Source: an uncultured Chthonomonadaceae bacterium (GTDB taxonomy: Bacteria; Armatimonadota; Chthonomonadetes; Chthonomonadales; Chthonomonadaceae). From it: a stretch of 56,718 bases of DNA. A program made the position numbers and the translations under genes. The notes under the pieces are model-generated. The model saw only the letters and a program-made list of their open reading frames with translations, was not told where the DNA came from and did no database searches. Positions 41,326-52,286 of the stretch are shown here, in pieces (the first letter of the stretch is position 1; every line of letters starts with the position of its first letter). The stretch is from contig CAWIEK010000005.1 of the NCBI GenBank assembly GCA_963835065.1, positions 1 to 56,718 on the forward strand, written 5' to 3'.

Positions 41326-43425
41326 ATGGTCACTTCCTCCCATGCAGAGGCTTCTTCTTCCCGCCCCCGAACGCTTTCCACGACAACTGCAAACGTCGCG
41401 GCAGTCCATGCGTTTGTTGCCGAGAATGTTTCCCTGGAAGCCGTGCGCCATGCCATTGTGGGAGCGCAGCACTATCTGCTGGACGGACAGGAAGCCGAAG
41501 GGTACTGGGTCGCGGAACTGGAAGGCGACACGATTCTGGAAAGCGAGTACATCCTGCTGCTGCAATTCCTGGATCGGCGCAACGAGGAAAAATTTCGCAA
41601 ACTCGCCAAATATATTCGCAGCAAGCAAAATGCGGATGGCTCGTGGTCTATTTTCCCCGGCGGCCCGCCGGATGTCAGCGCCAGCGTGAAAGCGTATTTC
41701 GCCTGCAAACTGGCCGGGCACAAGGAAAACGAGCCGTTTATGCGCCGCGCCCGCAACGCCATTCTCAAAGAAGGTGGCGTGACGCAGTGCAACACGTTCA
41801 CGAAATTGTACCTTTCCATGTTCGGGCAGTACGATTGGCGCGGCGTACCGACTATCCCGCCCGAAGCCGTCCTAATGCCCAAGTGGTTTTACTTCAACAT
41901 CTATAATATGTCGTCGTGGTCGCGGGCGATTTTGGTTCCCCTGGCCGTGATGAACGCCACGCGCCCGCAGCGTCCCATTCCTGAAAATACCGACATACAG
42001 GAGCTTTTTGTGGGCGGGCGTGACCGCAAGCGCATGACCCTGGCCTGGGATCGCAAACCCCTGACCTGGCGCAACGTGTTTCTGGTGATGGACAAAATCC
42101 TCAAATTGTACGATGCCAGTCCCGTGAAGCCGTTCCGCAAATTGGCCTTGAAGCGCTCGCTGGAATGGCTGCTGGAGCGCGAAGAGAAAAGCGGCGGATT
42201 GGGCGCGATTTTCCCCGCGATGGCGCACGCGATTATGGCCTACAAGTGCATGGGCTATCCCGACAACCACTGGGCGATTACCAAAGAACTGGCGGAACTG
42301 GCGGCGTTTGAGATCGAAGAAAACGACATGATACGGATGCAGCCGTGCGTGTCGCCCATCTGGGACACGGCGATTGTCATCAACTCGCTGATTGACAGCG
42401 GGTACGCGCCCGACAGCGAAGCCGTGCAAAAAGCGGCGGACTGGCTGCTGTCCAAGCAGACCACGCGCAAGGGCGATTGGGCGGTGAAGTGCCCCGATGT
42501 GGAACCCGGCGGGTGGTACTTCGAGATGGAAAACGAGTATTACCCCGATGTGGACGATACCATCATGGTGCTGATGGGTTTGTACAAAGCCTATTGTTCC
42601 AATGGCACGGATTGTATTCATTGGGAAGAAGCGCCGCCACACGTCCGCGAGTCTATGCGCAAGGGCCTGAACTGGGTGTTTGCCATGCAGAACAAGGACG
42701 GCGGTTGGGGCAGTTTCGACAAGGACAACAACAAGACGCTGCTGCAATACGTGCCGTATGCCGACCATAATGCGATGCTTGACCCGTCTTCCGCAGACAT
42801 TACCGCCCGAACGCTGGAAATGGTCAGTTACTTCGGTATCAAGCAGTCGCATCCGACATGGGGCCGGCATGTGGAGCGCGCGCTGGGTTATCTATACCGC
42901 GAACAGGAAGCGGACGGCAGCTGGTTCGGCAGGTGGGGCGTGAATTATCTGTATGGCACGTGGCAGGTATTGCGCGGGCTGGCGCGGTTCGGCGAGGATA
43001 TGCGGTCCGAGCGCATACAGCGCGCGGTGAAATGGCTGCACAGCGTTCAAAACGAGGATGGGGGTTGGGGCGAAACGTGCGAGTCCTACGATCCCGAACA
43101 CCCCAAAGCGAATGGGCCAAGTACGCCCTCGCAAACAGCCTGGGCGCTGATGGGCCTGATGAACGCGGGGGATTTGGACAGCCACGCAACGCAGGCGGGC
43201 ATGGCCTACCTGCTGCGCAATCAGGACGAGCATGGAACGTGGGAAGAAAAATGGTTCACGGGAACCGGCTTCCCCCGCGTGTTCTACCTGCGCTACCACT
43301 ACTACCGGCACTATTTTCCCCTTTGGGCGCTGGCGCAGTACCATACGTTTGTCACGGGCGAACCCTGCGACGGGCCGGCCAACACCAAAGCGCATGGCGG
43401 GCGGTTTGCTAATTTGGAAGTTTAG
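41326..43425 (+). CDS. shc: Squalene-hopene cyclase
   Basis: YPDVDDT (DxDD), multiple QW motifs, TGTGFPRVFYL; start uncertain. Confidence 0.96.
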   Translation: MVTSSHAEASSSRPRTLSTTTANVAAVHAFVAENVSLEAVRHAIVGAQHYLLDGQEAEGYWVAELEGDTILESEYILLLQFLDRRNEEKFRKLAKYIRSKQNADGSWSIFPGGPPDVSASVKAYFACKLAGHKENEPFMRRARNAILKEGGVTQCNTFTKLYLSMFGQYDWRGVPTIPPEAVLMPKWFYFNIYNMSSWSRAILVPLAVMNATRPQRPIPENTDIQELFVGGRDRKRMTLAWDRKPLTWRNVFLVMDKILKLYDASPVKPFRKLALKRSLEWLLEREEKSGGLGAIFPAMAHAIMAYKCMGYPDNHWAITKELAELAAFEIEENDMIRMQPCVSPIWDTAIVINSLIDSGYAPDSEAVQKAADWLLSKQTTRKGDWAVKCPDVEPGGWYFEMENEYYPDVDDTIMVLMGLYKAYCSNGTDCIHWEEAPPHVRESMRKGLNWVFAMQNKDGGWGSFDKDNNKTLLQYVPYADHNAMLDPSSADITARTLEMVSYFGIKQSHPTWGRHVERALGYLYREQEADGSWFGRWGVNYLYGTWQVLRGLARFGEDMRSERIQRAVKWLHSVQNEDGGWGETCESYDPEHPKANGPSTPSQTAWALMGLMNAGDLDSHATQAGMAYLLRNQDEHGTWEEKWFTGTGFPRVFYLRYHYYRHYFPLWALAQYHTFVTGEPCDGPANTKAHGGRFANLEV

Positions 43426-43506
43426 GGGAGGGTGTTAGGTATTGGGTGTTGGGACAAGTCCTCCTACCCTCTCTCCATTTTGGAACTTCATGCCGACAAT
43501 GGACTT

Positions 43507-44451
43507 ATGATTTCTATTATTCTGCCTGTTTATAACGCCGCGCGATTCCTCAACATCACGGTACAAACCGTTTTAGCGCAGACATATCAGGATTGGGAAC
43601 TGATTGCCGTTGACGATGGCTCTACGGACGGTACGCCCGCCTTGCTGCAAGCCTTTGCGCGGAAGGACGCGCGTATAAAGGTTGTCACGCAGGCAAATGG
43701 CGGCTGCGCGGTGGCGCGTAATACGGGCGTAGACCATGTTGCCCCCGACGCCAAATACGTTATTTTCTTCGATCACGACGATTTGTGGGAACCGGACGCG
43801 CTGCAAACCCTGCTCGAAACGATCTGCGCCCGCCCCCAATCCGTCGCCGCTATCGGCGGCGTTGCCAAACTTGACGATGCGGATGTTGACGCCAAGTTTC
43901 GCGCTTTACAGGAGAAAGCTGCCCTGCTGCGCCAATCGCCTGCCGACACAACTCCACCGGTTTCCGGCTTGAAAGAATCGGACTTGAAAGAGGTTGTTTT
44001 CGCGGATACGGCGGTTTTCTGCTGCGCGGTGACAATGGGACAGGTGCTGATTCGGCGTGACGCGCTGCGTAAGGTCGGCAGCCTGAATCTGGAGTGCGTT
44101 CCCTGCGACGATTGGGAACTGTATTTGCGCCTTGCCATGCTCGGCCCAATGACCAAAACGGCTAAAAATGTAATTTACTGGCGCTCCCACGCGACCAATA
44201 CTTCCAAAAACCAGAAGCGCATGTACAACGCGGAAATGCGGGTTCGGCAGTGCCTGTTAAAACGCGCGGACTTGACGCCGGAACAAAGCAGTCAGGTGCG
44301 CGACGGCTTTCAAATCGCCAAAAAGCAGCTTGCCATTCAGCAATGCGGCTACGCGAAGGAAAACCTACAGCGCCGGCAGGTTGGAGAAGCCTTTCGGCAG
44401 TTGCGCTACGCCCTGCGCAACTACGCCCGCTCCTACCAGTCTGTTCGTTAG
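43507..44451 (+). CDS. Glycosyltransferase family 2
   Basis: ISIILPVYN, DDGSTD, ARN.G, FDHDD, DDW. Confidence 0.9.
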   Translation: MISIILPVYNAARFLNITVQTVLAQTYQDWELIAVDDGSTDGTPALLQAFARKDARIKVVTQANGGCAVARNTGVDHVAPDAKYVIFFDHDDLWEPDALQTLLETICARPQSVAAIGGVAKLDDADVDAKFRALQEKAALLRQSPADTTPPVSGLKESDLKEVVFADTAVFCCAVTMGQVLIRRDALRKVGSLNLECVPCDDWELYLRLAMLGPMTKTAKNVIYWRSHATNTSKNQKRMYNAEMRVRQCLLKRADLTPEQSSQVRDGFQIAKKQLAIQQCGYAKENLQRRQVGEAFRQLRYALRNYARSYQSVR

Positions 44452-44467
44452 GGCAAGTAAAGAGACC

Positions 44468-44695
44468 GGTATGTAGAGTCATCGTCGAAATCTTGGCAAT
44501 ACAGCGCTTCCAGCCCGATGTCTCGTTGTGTCAGGTTGTAGGAGAGAGGCGTCGTGACCTCGAAAGCGTCAGGGCGAACGGGAGGGGTGGGACATGGGCC
44601 TGTACCTCCTTTGCTATGTAGTAGACACTTGTACTGTTTAGACAGCGGGAATGGGGCAAAGGTTCGTTTTTTTCGCGTTGTTTGGCTTTTTTTTT
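44468..44695 (-). other. Dispersed promoter + micro-ORF + conserved RNA cassette, copy 2
   Basis: GAACC-17-GTCTAA, AGGAGG, MSHPSRSP* at 44595..44569; 117/128 identical to copy 1 from the ATG. Confidence 0.8.
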
Positions 44696-44715
44696 ATCTT
44701 TTTTACAGACCCGAA

Positions 44716-44918
44716 GTTTCTACCCTCATCCGGGCTTCGCCCACCTTCTCCCTGCAAGGGAGAAGGCTAAATTGTTCAATGGGCGGTTGAACGATAGATG
44801 GGAACCACACAGGCAATTTTTACGTATTTACAAAATCCATAATTAACGCACCCGACTGCCGCACTAGCCTTCTCCCTTGCAGGGAGAAGGTGGGCGAAGC
44901 CCGGATGAGGGTAGAAAC
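44716..44918. repeat. REPIN/MITE-like element with 54-bp perfect inverted repeats
   Basis: 44716..44769 is the exact reverse complement of 44865..44918. Confidence 0.9.
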
Positions 44919-45150
44919 CCCCATTTTTGATTTGCAAACCCCTCTTTCCTCCGAAAAACCACTGCATTTTGCCTGTTTGTAAGGTATACTCCCTGTGATA
45001 AATTCTTTTTAAGGCAGGGACGACGTTGTTTTATCTCGTAACAACCGTCATTAAGCCCTGTTTCCCGCACACGCAACAGTCAATTTTTTACAACCCCCCG
45101 GCCTTGCGCTGCAAATTGTAGTTCGGTTGGTGAAGGAGATTTAACACGCA

Positions 45151-46155
45151 ATGCGATATCCTATAGGCTTTACGATGGCGCAGGGGCGGCATCGCATGAA
45201 AATGGAACGTTCCGGGCACACGCGCTACCCGACGGTTCTGATGCTGGAACCCCTGTATACCTGCAACCTGGCCTGCCTGGGCTGCTCCGTCGAGCGCCAC
45301 ACGGGCAAGCTCAAGGATCGCATGTCGCTGGAAACCTGCTTTCAGGCGGTGGAAGACTGCGGCGCCCCGATTGTCAATATCTGCGGCGGCGAACCCACCC
45401 TGTACCCCGAACTCAAGGAATTGATCTCCGGCCTGATTGCGCGCGGACGCTACATCATCATGTGTACGAACGCGCTGAAGCTGGATACCAAAGTATTCGA
45501 CGTGGTTCCGCCAAGCGACCATTTCTTCCTGATGATCCACCTGGACGGCATGCGCCAAACGCACGATTATGTGTGCAACCGCGAGGGCGTGTTCGACAAA
45601 GCCGTAGAGATGATTAAGAAGGCGCGGGAGCGGGGCTACAACGTTTACATCAACACGACGGTTTTTAAGGAAACGTCGGTTGAGGAAGTGGAAGACCTGT
45701 GCCGCCTGGTAGACGAACTGAAGGCAAAGGGTATTCTGATTTCGCCCGGCTACGAGTACGAAAGCGTGGAGCGCGACATCTTCCTGACCAAAGACCAGAT
45801 TCACGATAAGTTCAAGCAGATTCGCGCGTTTGCGCCCAAGTACAAGGTGAGCGCTACGCCCGTCTTCCTGGAATTCGCGGCGGGGATGCGCGAATTGTCC
45901 TGCGCGCCCTGGTCCACCGTCAACTACACGCCCAACGGCTGGAAAGCGCCCTGCTACCTTGTCGAAGGCGAAGGCTTCCATGAAAACTGGAGCGACTTCT
46001 GGGATAAGACCGATTGGGCGTACTGGGAATCCCGGCAAGACCCGCGCTGCCAGAACTGCAAAATGCACAGCGGCTTTGAACACAGCGCGGTCACGGAAGC
46101 CATGAAAACCATCGGCGGCACGATGAAACTGGCGGCCTGGTCGCTGGCGAAGTGA
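45151..46155 (+). CDS. hpnH: Adenosyl-hopene transferase (radical SAM)
   Basis: P.VLMLEPL..CNLACLGC, GGEP, ISPGY, C.NC.MHSGFE. Confidence 0.92.
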   Translation: MRYPIGFTMAQGRHRMKMERSGHTRYPTVLMLEPLYTCNLACLGCSVERHTGKLKDRMSLETCFQAVEDCGAPIVNICGGEPTLYPELKELISGLIARGRYIIMCTNALKLDTKVFDVVPPSDHFFLMIHLDGMRQTHDYVCNREGVFDKAVEMIKKARERGYNVYINTTVFKETSVEEVEDLCRLVDELKAKGILISPGYEYESVERDIFLTKDQIHDKFKQIRAFAPKYKVSATPVFLEFAAGMRELSCAPWSTVNYTPNGWKAPCYLVEGEGFHENWSDFWDKTDWAYWESRQDPRCQNCKMHSGFEHSAVTEAMKTIGGTMKLAAWSLAK

Positions 46156-46161
46156 GAAATT

Positions 46162-46312
46162 TTCACCACAGAGGCACAGAGACACAGAGGGGTCACAGAG
46201 AAGAAGGGAAGAGAAGAGAACAGGTAGATGAGGAGAACACGCTATTTCGCGGTTTCTCTGCCTCTGGAATTCTCTCTGTGAAACCTCTGTGTCTCTGTGC
46301 CTCTGTGGTGAA
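46162..46312. repeat. Palindromic element TTCACCACAGAGGCACAGAGACACAGAG...
   Basis: 8-mer tandem arms in inverted orientation, 151 bp. Confidence 0.9.
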
Positions 46313-46342
46313 CGATTGCTTTTGAGCATGTAAGGACTGGCG

Positions 46343-47341
46343 TTGGCTTCATTGGTGACGGGCGCAACCGGGTTTGTCGGGTTTCATGTCGCGCAGCAGC
46401 TTGTGGCGCGGGGGGAGCAGGTTCGGGTGTTGGCGCGTCCGAACAGCCGGCGGGACAACATCGCCGCGCTTGGCACGGTGAATGTGGAAACGGTAGACGG
46501 CGACCTTACGGACGGCGATTCGCTGCGCCGAGCCGTGCAGGGATGTGATACACTGTATCATGTGGCGGCGGACTATCGGCTATGGGCGAAAGACCCGCAA
46601 GAACTTTATCGCGCCAATGTAGACGGGACGCGGCGGCTGCTGGAAATTGCGAAAGCCGCCGGTTTGCGCAAAATCGTGTATACCAGCACGGTGGGCGCGT
46701 TGGGAATCCCGCATGATGGCACATCCGGCAATGAAGATACGCCCGTTACCGTGTCCAACATGATCGGGCATTATAAACGGTCGAAGTTTCTGGCCGAAGA
46801 AGCGGTACGGCAGTTTGCGCTTGAAGGTTTGCCGGTTGTGATTGTGAATCCGAGTACGCCGATTGGCGAGCGGGACATCAAGCCGACGCCGACGGGACAG
46901 ATCATCGTAGATTTTCTGAACCGCAAAATGCCCGCGTATGTGGATACCGGCCTGAATTTGATTGATGTTCGGGATTGCGCGGCGGGAATACTGCTGGCAG
47001 CCGAGCGGGGCCGCATCGGCGAGCGCTACATCTTGGGCAATCGCAACACCAGTATGCAGGAAATGCTGCAAATGCTGGCCGCGATTACCAATTTGCCCGC
47101 GCCCAAAGTGAAAATGCCTTATGCGCTGGCGTGGCTGGCAGTCGGCGCGGAAAACATCGTGATGGATCGCCTTTTGAACCGCGTGCCCGCGCACCCGTTT
47201 GAAGGCGTGAAGATGGCGCGTCACAAAATGTTTTTCGATGCGTCCAAAGCGGTCAGGGAACTCGGATTGCCGCAGTCGCCCGTCGAGGACGCCCTGAAAC
47301 GCGCCGTAGAATGGTTCCGCGCCAACGGTTATGTAAAATAG
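46343..47341 (+). CDS. hpnA: Hopanoid-associated sugar epimerase
   Basis: TGATGFVG, HVAADYRLW, YKRSK, DIKPTPTG. Confidence 0.9.
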   Translation: MASLVTGATGFVGFHVAQQLVARGEQVRVLARPNSRRDNIAALGTVNVETVDGDLTDGDSLRRAVQGCDTLYHVAADYRLWAKDPQELYRANVDGTRRLLEIAKAAGLRKIVYTSTVGALGIPHDGTSGNEDTPVTVSNMIGHYKRSKFLAEEAVRQFALEGLPVVIVNPSTPIGERDIKPTPTGQIIVDFLNRKMPAYVDTGLNLIDVRDCAAGILLAAERGRIGERYILGNRNTSMQEMLQMLAAITNLPAPKVKMPYALAWLAVGAENIVMDRLLNRVPAHPFEGVKMARHKMFFDASKAVRELGLPQSPVEDALKRAVEWFRANGYVK

Positions 47342-47494
47342 TTCACCACCAAGACACCAAGTACACCAAGAAACTAGGGAGAAGAAAAAGAAAAGAAGAC
47401 AATATAGTTATAGCAGTGAAAGGGTGCTGCACCTTACAAGTATGTTCTCGTTTTCTTTTGTTTTCCTTGGTGTACTTGGTGTCTTGGTGGTGAA
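47342..47494. repeat. Palindromic element TTCACCACCAAGACACCAAG...
   Basis: 8/9-mer tandem arms in inverted orientation, 153 bp. Confidence 0.9.
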
Positions 47495-47497
47495 AAA

Positions 47498-48448
47498 TTG
47501 ATTGAGGAGCAGGAAGTGGATATACAGCCCAAACGTACCGTGCTGATGGCTAAGGAAGTCGGGTTTTGCTTTGGCGTGAAGCGGGCGATCAACCTGACGA
47601 AGCAGGCGCTGGAAGAGCGCGGCGACGTGTTTATTCTGGGCGATCTGGTGCATAACAAGCGCGTCACGGACGAACTGGAAGGCCGGGGCCTGCGCAAAGT
47701 GGACGATTACACGCAGGAAGACAGCGGCACGACAATGGTGATTCGCGCGCACGGCCTGCCCAAAGTGAAAATTCAGGAAGCGCGGGATCGCGGCCTTGAG
47801 GTTGTGGACGCAACCTGCCCGATCGTTCTGCGGGCGCAGGAAGCGGCGCAAACGCTGGAGCGCGACGGCTATCAGGTCGTGATTATCGGCGACAAAAACC
47901 ATGCGGAAGTCAAGGGTATCATCGGCGCGTTGGAAGAGCCGGTGCTGGTCATTGCGACGGTGGAGGAACTGCATCATGCGCGGGCGGAATACAAACTGCT
48001 GCGCAAGGTGGGCGTGTTGTTCCAAACCACGCTGGCCCTGGAAATGTGCTTCCCGGTCGCCAATGAACTGATGGCGATGTGCAAGGAAGTGCGGATTATC
48101 AACACGATTTGCCGTCCCGTGCAGAACCGGCAGGACGATGCCATTGAAATCGCCGCCAAAGTGGATTTGATGATCGTGGTCGGGTCACGGACAAGCGCGA
48201 ACACGGTAGAACTGGCCGGCCTGTGCAAGCATTACAATGCAAACACCGTCCATGTTCAGAACGCCGAGGAACTGCTGTATGAAGCGTTCCGGGACGCCAA
48301 AACGGTCGGCATCGCGTCCGGCCTGTCCACGCCGGAAGATTTGGTTGAGGCCGTTCGCGTCAAAGTGCTGACTGAAGACGCCGATGTTGCGCCTGAGTCG
48401 GAAGTGAAAATTACATTGCATGTTGCGCCGCAACTGGCGGCGGTATAG
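47498..48448 (+). CDS. ispH: 4-hydroxy-3-methylbut-2-enyl diphosphate reductase
   Basis: GFCFGV, VHN, RAHG, DATCP, HAEV, NTIC, SANT. Confidence 0.93.
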   Translation: MIEEQEVDIQPKRTVLMAKEVGFCFGVKRAINLTKQALEERGDVFILGDLVHNKRVTDELEGRGLRKVDDYTQEDSGTTMVIRAHGLPKVKIQEARDRGLEVVDATCPIVLRAQEAAQTLERDGYQVVIIGDKNHAEVKGIIGALEEPVLVIATVEELHHARAEYKLLRKVGVLFQTTLALEMCFPVANELMAMCKEVRIINTICRPVQNRQDDAIEIAAKVDLMIVVGSRTSANTVELAGLCKHYNANTVHVQNAEELLYEAFRDAKTVGIASGLSTPEDLVEAVRVKVLTEDADVAPESEVKITLHVAPQLAAV

Positions 48449-48450
48449 AC

Positions 48451-49188
48451 ATGTCCGGGCAAACGGCTTCACCGGGGCAGGTAGCGATTTTGTTTGCGCT
48501 GCCGGAAGAACAAAAGCCTTTTGAGCGCGTCAATCCCGACGCGCGCATGTTTCGCAGCAGCAGTTCCGGGGCAGGCGCGAAAAACTCCCGTCATTCTGCG
48601 GCGCTGTTGCTTGGTAAAGTGGAACCGGCGCGAAATTCGGGATGTCGGGCGTTGTTGATTTGCGGGTTTGCGGGCGGGTTGGTAGATGGACTGACGCCCG
48701 GAACGCTTGTCATCGGCGACAGCGTGACCGATAGTCAGGTACGAGTATTGACGGCGGACTCCCGGTTGCTTGCAATCGCGGAGTCCGTTCGCTTGCCGGG
48801 TTGTGTCGCTATGCGGGGCACGATTTATACGGATAACAAGGTATTGACGCGCCGCGTGGAGAAACAAGGATTGGCGCAAAACCATGACGTGATTGCCGTA
48901 GATATGGAAACGTTTGCCGCCGCTGAAGTGGCGCAGGAAGCGGGCGTACCCTGGCTGGCAATCCGCGCGGTCACGGACGGCGCGACAGACGATATGCCCT
49001 TCGACTTCAACGCCATGACGGATGCGAATGGCAACGTCAGCAAAGGCCGCGTGATCGCTTCCGCCCTGACGCATCCCCGCCAGATTCCCGCCTTGATTCG
49101 CCTGGGCGCGCGCTCATCTTTGGCGGCAAAGAACCTGGCGCGGTTTTTGGAAGCGTACTTACAGGCATTGCCGGATGTAAACGGATGA
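48451..49188 (+). CDS. hpnG: Hopanoid-associated phosphorylase
   Basis: GFAGGL, VDME, RAVTD; cluster context. Confidence 0.8.
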   Translation: MSGQTASPGQVAILFALPEEQKPFERVNPDARMFRSSSSGAGAKNSRHSAALLLGKVEPARNSGCRALLICGFAGGLVDGLTPGTLVIGDSVTDSQVRVLTADSRLLAIAESVRLPGCVAMRGTIYTDNKVLTRRVEKQGLAQNHDVIAVDMETFAAAEVAQEAGVPWLAIRAVTDGATDDMPFDFNAMTDANGNVSKGRVIASALTHPRQIPALIRLGARSSLAAKNLARFLEAYLQALPDVNG

Positions 49189-49246
49189 ACAAGGGAACAG
49201 GAAACAGGGAACAGGGAACAGGGCAAAGAGGCGAGATGAGCGACGT

Positions 49247-50777
49247 TTGCGGCGTTCGGCAAAGTTTCGCGCGGCGCGGTGTCAAACGGATATTGGCGCG
49301 GCGCGACGGGCTGAACCCCTTCGCTGTATGGCCTGCGGCCCAGTGTCCTTCGGACACAACCTGTTGCTCAAAAAGTATTCTGTCCGAAGGACAGTCGGCA
49401 GAACGCCCTACAGCGAAGGGGTTCAGCCCGTCGCGCCTGCCAATATCCGTACTGCGACTCTCTTTATCTCTTATCTCTTATCTCTTATCTGTCTGTGGTG
49501 GATAGGGCCTCTTTGTCCCTGTCAGGCGCAGGAGAAGCCGTTGTCGCAGGCGGAAGCCGTGATGCTGGCGGTGCAGCACAGTCCGCAGGCGCGGGCGGCA
49601 AAAGCGGCGCGAGACGCGGCGCAGGCGCAGGCAGATCGGGATAAACCCGCCGCGCGCCCAACGCTGACGGCAACGGCTTCGGGAACGGCGCAGGGACCGC
49701 GCGTTGTCTTCCCGCGCCCCGATTACACGCCCGCAACCGTGCTGCCGGAAGGCGCGGCGCGGCTGGATTTGGTGTTGGAACAAATGGTTTACCGGGCGGG
49801 CATTGGGGCGGCAAAGCAGCGCTATGCGGCACAATCGGCATTGGTCACGGAAGATTATCGCAAAACCCTGTCGGATTTGGCGCTGACCGTTCGTAAAGCC
49901 ATTATGGATGTGCTGCGGGCGCAATCCGGGGTACGAACGGCGCAGGACGGATTGGACGCGGCCCTGCGGTATCAGCAAACGGTGGACGCGCAGATACGCG
50001 CCGGGGTCGCCAAGCCCGTAGACGCTGAAACCGTGATAGCGCAGGTGGCGGAAGCGCAGGAGGGCGTGGAAACCGCGCAGGGCGGGTTAAGCCTGGCGCA
50101 ATTCGCGTTCAACAAGGCCGTCGGGCGCTCACATCAATACGCCGGTTGCGCTGGAACCGTTGGGCGAATTGCCCGTTGTTCCCGCGACGCCCGATGCGGC
50201 GATTGCGTATGCGCTGCAAAACCGCCCGGAACTGATTTCTTTGGAATTGAATTTGCAGGCGGCAAGAGCGGGCGTCTCGCTGGCGCGTTTGCAGTCACAG
50301 CCCGTCGTTAATGCGCGGGGACAGTTTACGGAGCAGACGCCTACCGCTTTTCAGCACGAACACTATTATGGCGCAACGCTGGAACTGCGCTGGAACTTGC
50401 TGGACGGCGGCAAAGTTCAGCAGGACACGCGGGAAGCCAAAGCGCAGGTGGAGCGTTTGGAGGCACTGCGCGAAGACGCGCGGCAGGGCATCGCGCTCGA
50501 TGTAACGCAAGCCTGGCAGAAGATGCGCGATGCCAAAGCGCAAATCGGCCTTGCCCAAATTCGCGTTGCCGGAACGCAGGCGGTTGCCACCGTTGCGGAA
50601 ACTGCCTACACCGTCGGACGCGGTACGGCTCTAGAAGTGCAGGCCGCGCAGCGCGAAGTCCGTACCGCGCGGGAACGGGAACTGCAAGCCACGACCCAAC
50701 TCTATTCCGCTGCCATTGACTTCGCCCACGCGCAGGGCCGCGACATTCACGAGTTGGATGCGGTGATAAAGAAGTGA
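49247..50777 (+). CDS. TolC family outer-membrane efflux protein; start uncertain, apparent frameshift near 50131
   Basis: LSQAEAV.LA..HSP, ALQNRPE, WNLLDGG, two OEP halves. Confidence 0.75.
49300..49437. repeat. Inverted doublet of two-hairpin REP-like repeats
   Basis: GGCGCGACGGGCTGAACCCCTTCGCTGTA and its reverse complement; inner GTCCTTCGGAC/GTCCGAAGGAC. Confidence 0.85.
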
Positions 50778-50830
50778 TAAGTGGTAAGTGGGAAGTGGGA
50801 AGCGTTGAGGGTTGAGGGTTGAGCGTTCAG
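50772..50830. repeat. Heptamer array with drifting unit
   Basis: AAGTGAT AAGTGGT AAGTGGG AAGTGGG AAGCGTT GAGGGTT GAGGGTT GAGCGTT. Confidence 0.8.
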
Positions 50831-50865
50831 TACAAAGCGTTGAGAAGGATGCGCAGGTGGCACAG

Positions 50866-52198
50866 GTGAAAACAACACGCCTCTTCGCCAGCGGAACAGC
50901 CCTGGTCGCTGTTGCCGCCGCGTCCTACTTCCTGCTTCGCCCTCAACAGCAGGGGACAGGGAACAGGGAACAGGGAACAGCAGGAGAGAAGACAGGAGAC
51001 AGAAGACAGAAGGCAGAAGCCTCCACATCGAAAATCGAAAATCGAAAATCGAAAATCGAAAATTTCTCACCCCTCAACCTACTCGGCACGGTTCTGCCGG
51101 GTACGCAGGCGCAATTATCGGCGCGGCAGCCGGCGCGGATTACAGGCGTGTATGTAAAAGAGGGGCAGGCGGTGCAGGCGGGACAGCTTCTGGTGCAATT
51201 GGATGCGGCGGAAGCGCGGGCAGGCGAAGCAACGGCGCTGACGGCGGTTCGGACGGCGCAGGCGCAGGAAGCAAAAGCCCGCAGTGGACGCGTCGCGCAA
51301 TTGGTCAAGGCGGACGCGGATATAAAGAACCGCGCAGGCAGGTTTGGCGCAGGCGCAGGCGAAGCGGGGGCAGGCGCAATTGGGCGTACAGGCGGCGAAG
51401 GCAAGCGACCAGGCCGACCTGCAAACCGCGCAGGCTGCCGTTCGCAAGGCCGAAGAAGGCGTCAAAACCGCGCAAACGCAATTGCGCAGCCTGGAAGAAC
51501 TGGCGAAAGTGGGCGGCGTGGCGCGTAACGATCTGGAAGGGGCGCGAACACAGGCGCAAATCTCGCAAACCGATCTGGAAAGCGCGCGGGAAGCCGTTCG
51601 CCGCGTACAGGCCGGCCCGCCCGATCAGCCGGGAGTTTCGTTTCGAGTTGCCAACGCGCTTCAGGAGGCCAATCAAGCGCAAATCGGCGTCGCGCAGGCG
51701 CTCGCAGGCGTAAAAACCGCCCGTGACGCCCGCGCGCAAATCCTGAGTATCGCGGACGCCGACATCCGCATTGCGGAAGCGGCAACCGAACAGGCGCGCT
51801 CCGGGCTGGCAAGCGCAAGCATCGGGCAAACCATGTCCCGGCTTATCAGTCCCATCAACGGAATTGCGTCAAACGTCAATGCCCATGTCGGCGAAACCGC
51901 GCAGCCCGGACAGCCCTTGTTGACAATCTTATCGCCTTCCGGGGCGCGCGTGGAAGCGCTGGTTCCCGCCCGTCAACTCGCATTGCTGCGCGTCGGCCAA
52001 TCCGCCCGCGTCACGCTCGACACCCGGCCCAATCAGTCCTTGCCCGCTATCGTCTATTCCATCGCCGGTGTCGCGGAACCGGACGGGCGCGCGTTTCGCG
52101 TCACATTTCATTTTACATCGCCGCCCTCCGGCCTGCGCCTGGGACAGACGGCGCGCATAGCAATTAGGGAACAGGGAACAGGGAACAGGAAACAGTAA
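50866..52198 (+). CDS. Efflux RND periplasmic adaptor (MFP); apparent frameshift near 51327
   Basis: TM anchor, VKEGQAVQAGQLL lipoyl half, long coiled coil, SPINGI. Confidence 0.85.
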
Positions 52199-52283
52199 TC
52201 AGTTGTTGCGTGATGCTAAAGCGCATACAAGATGTAAGAGTACAGTTTCCTTTCTGTTCCCTGTTCCCTGTTCCCTGTTCCCT
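52166..52283. repeat. Heptamer (GGGAACA/TGTTCCC) palindromic element
   Basis: Arms span the MFP stop and end just before the RND start. Confidence 0.9.
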
Positions 52284-52286
52284 ATC

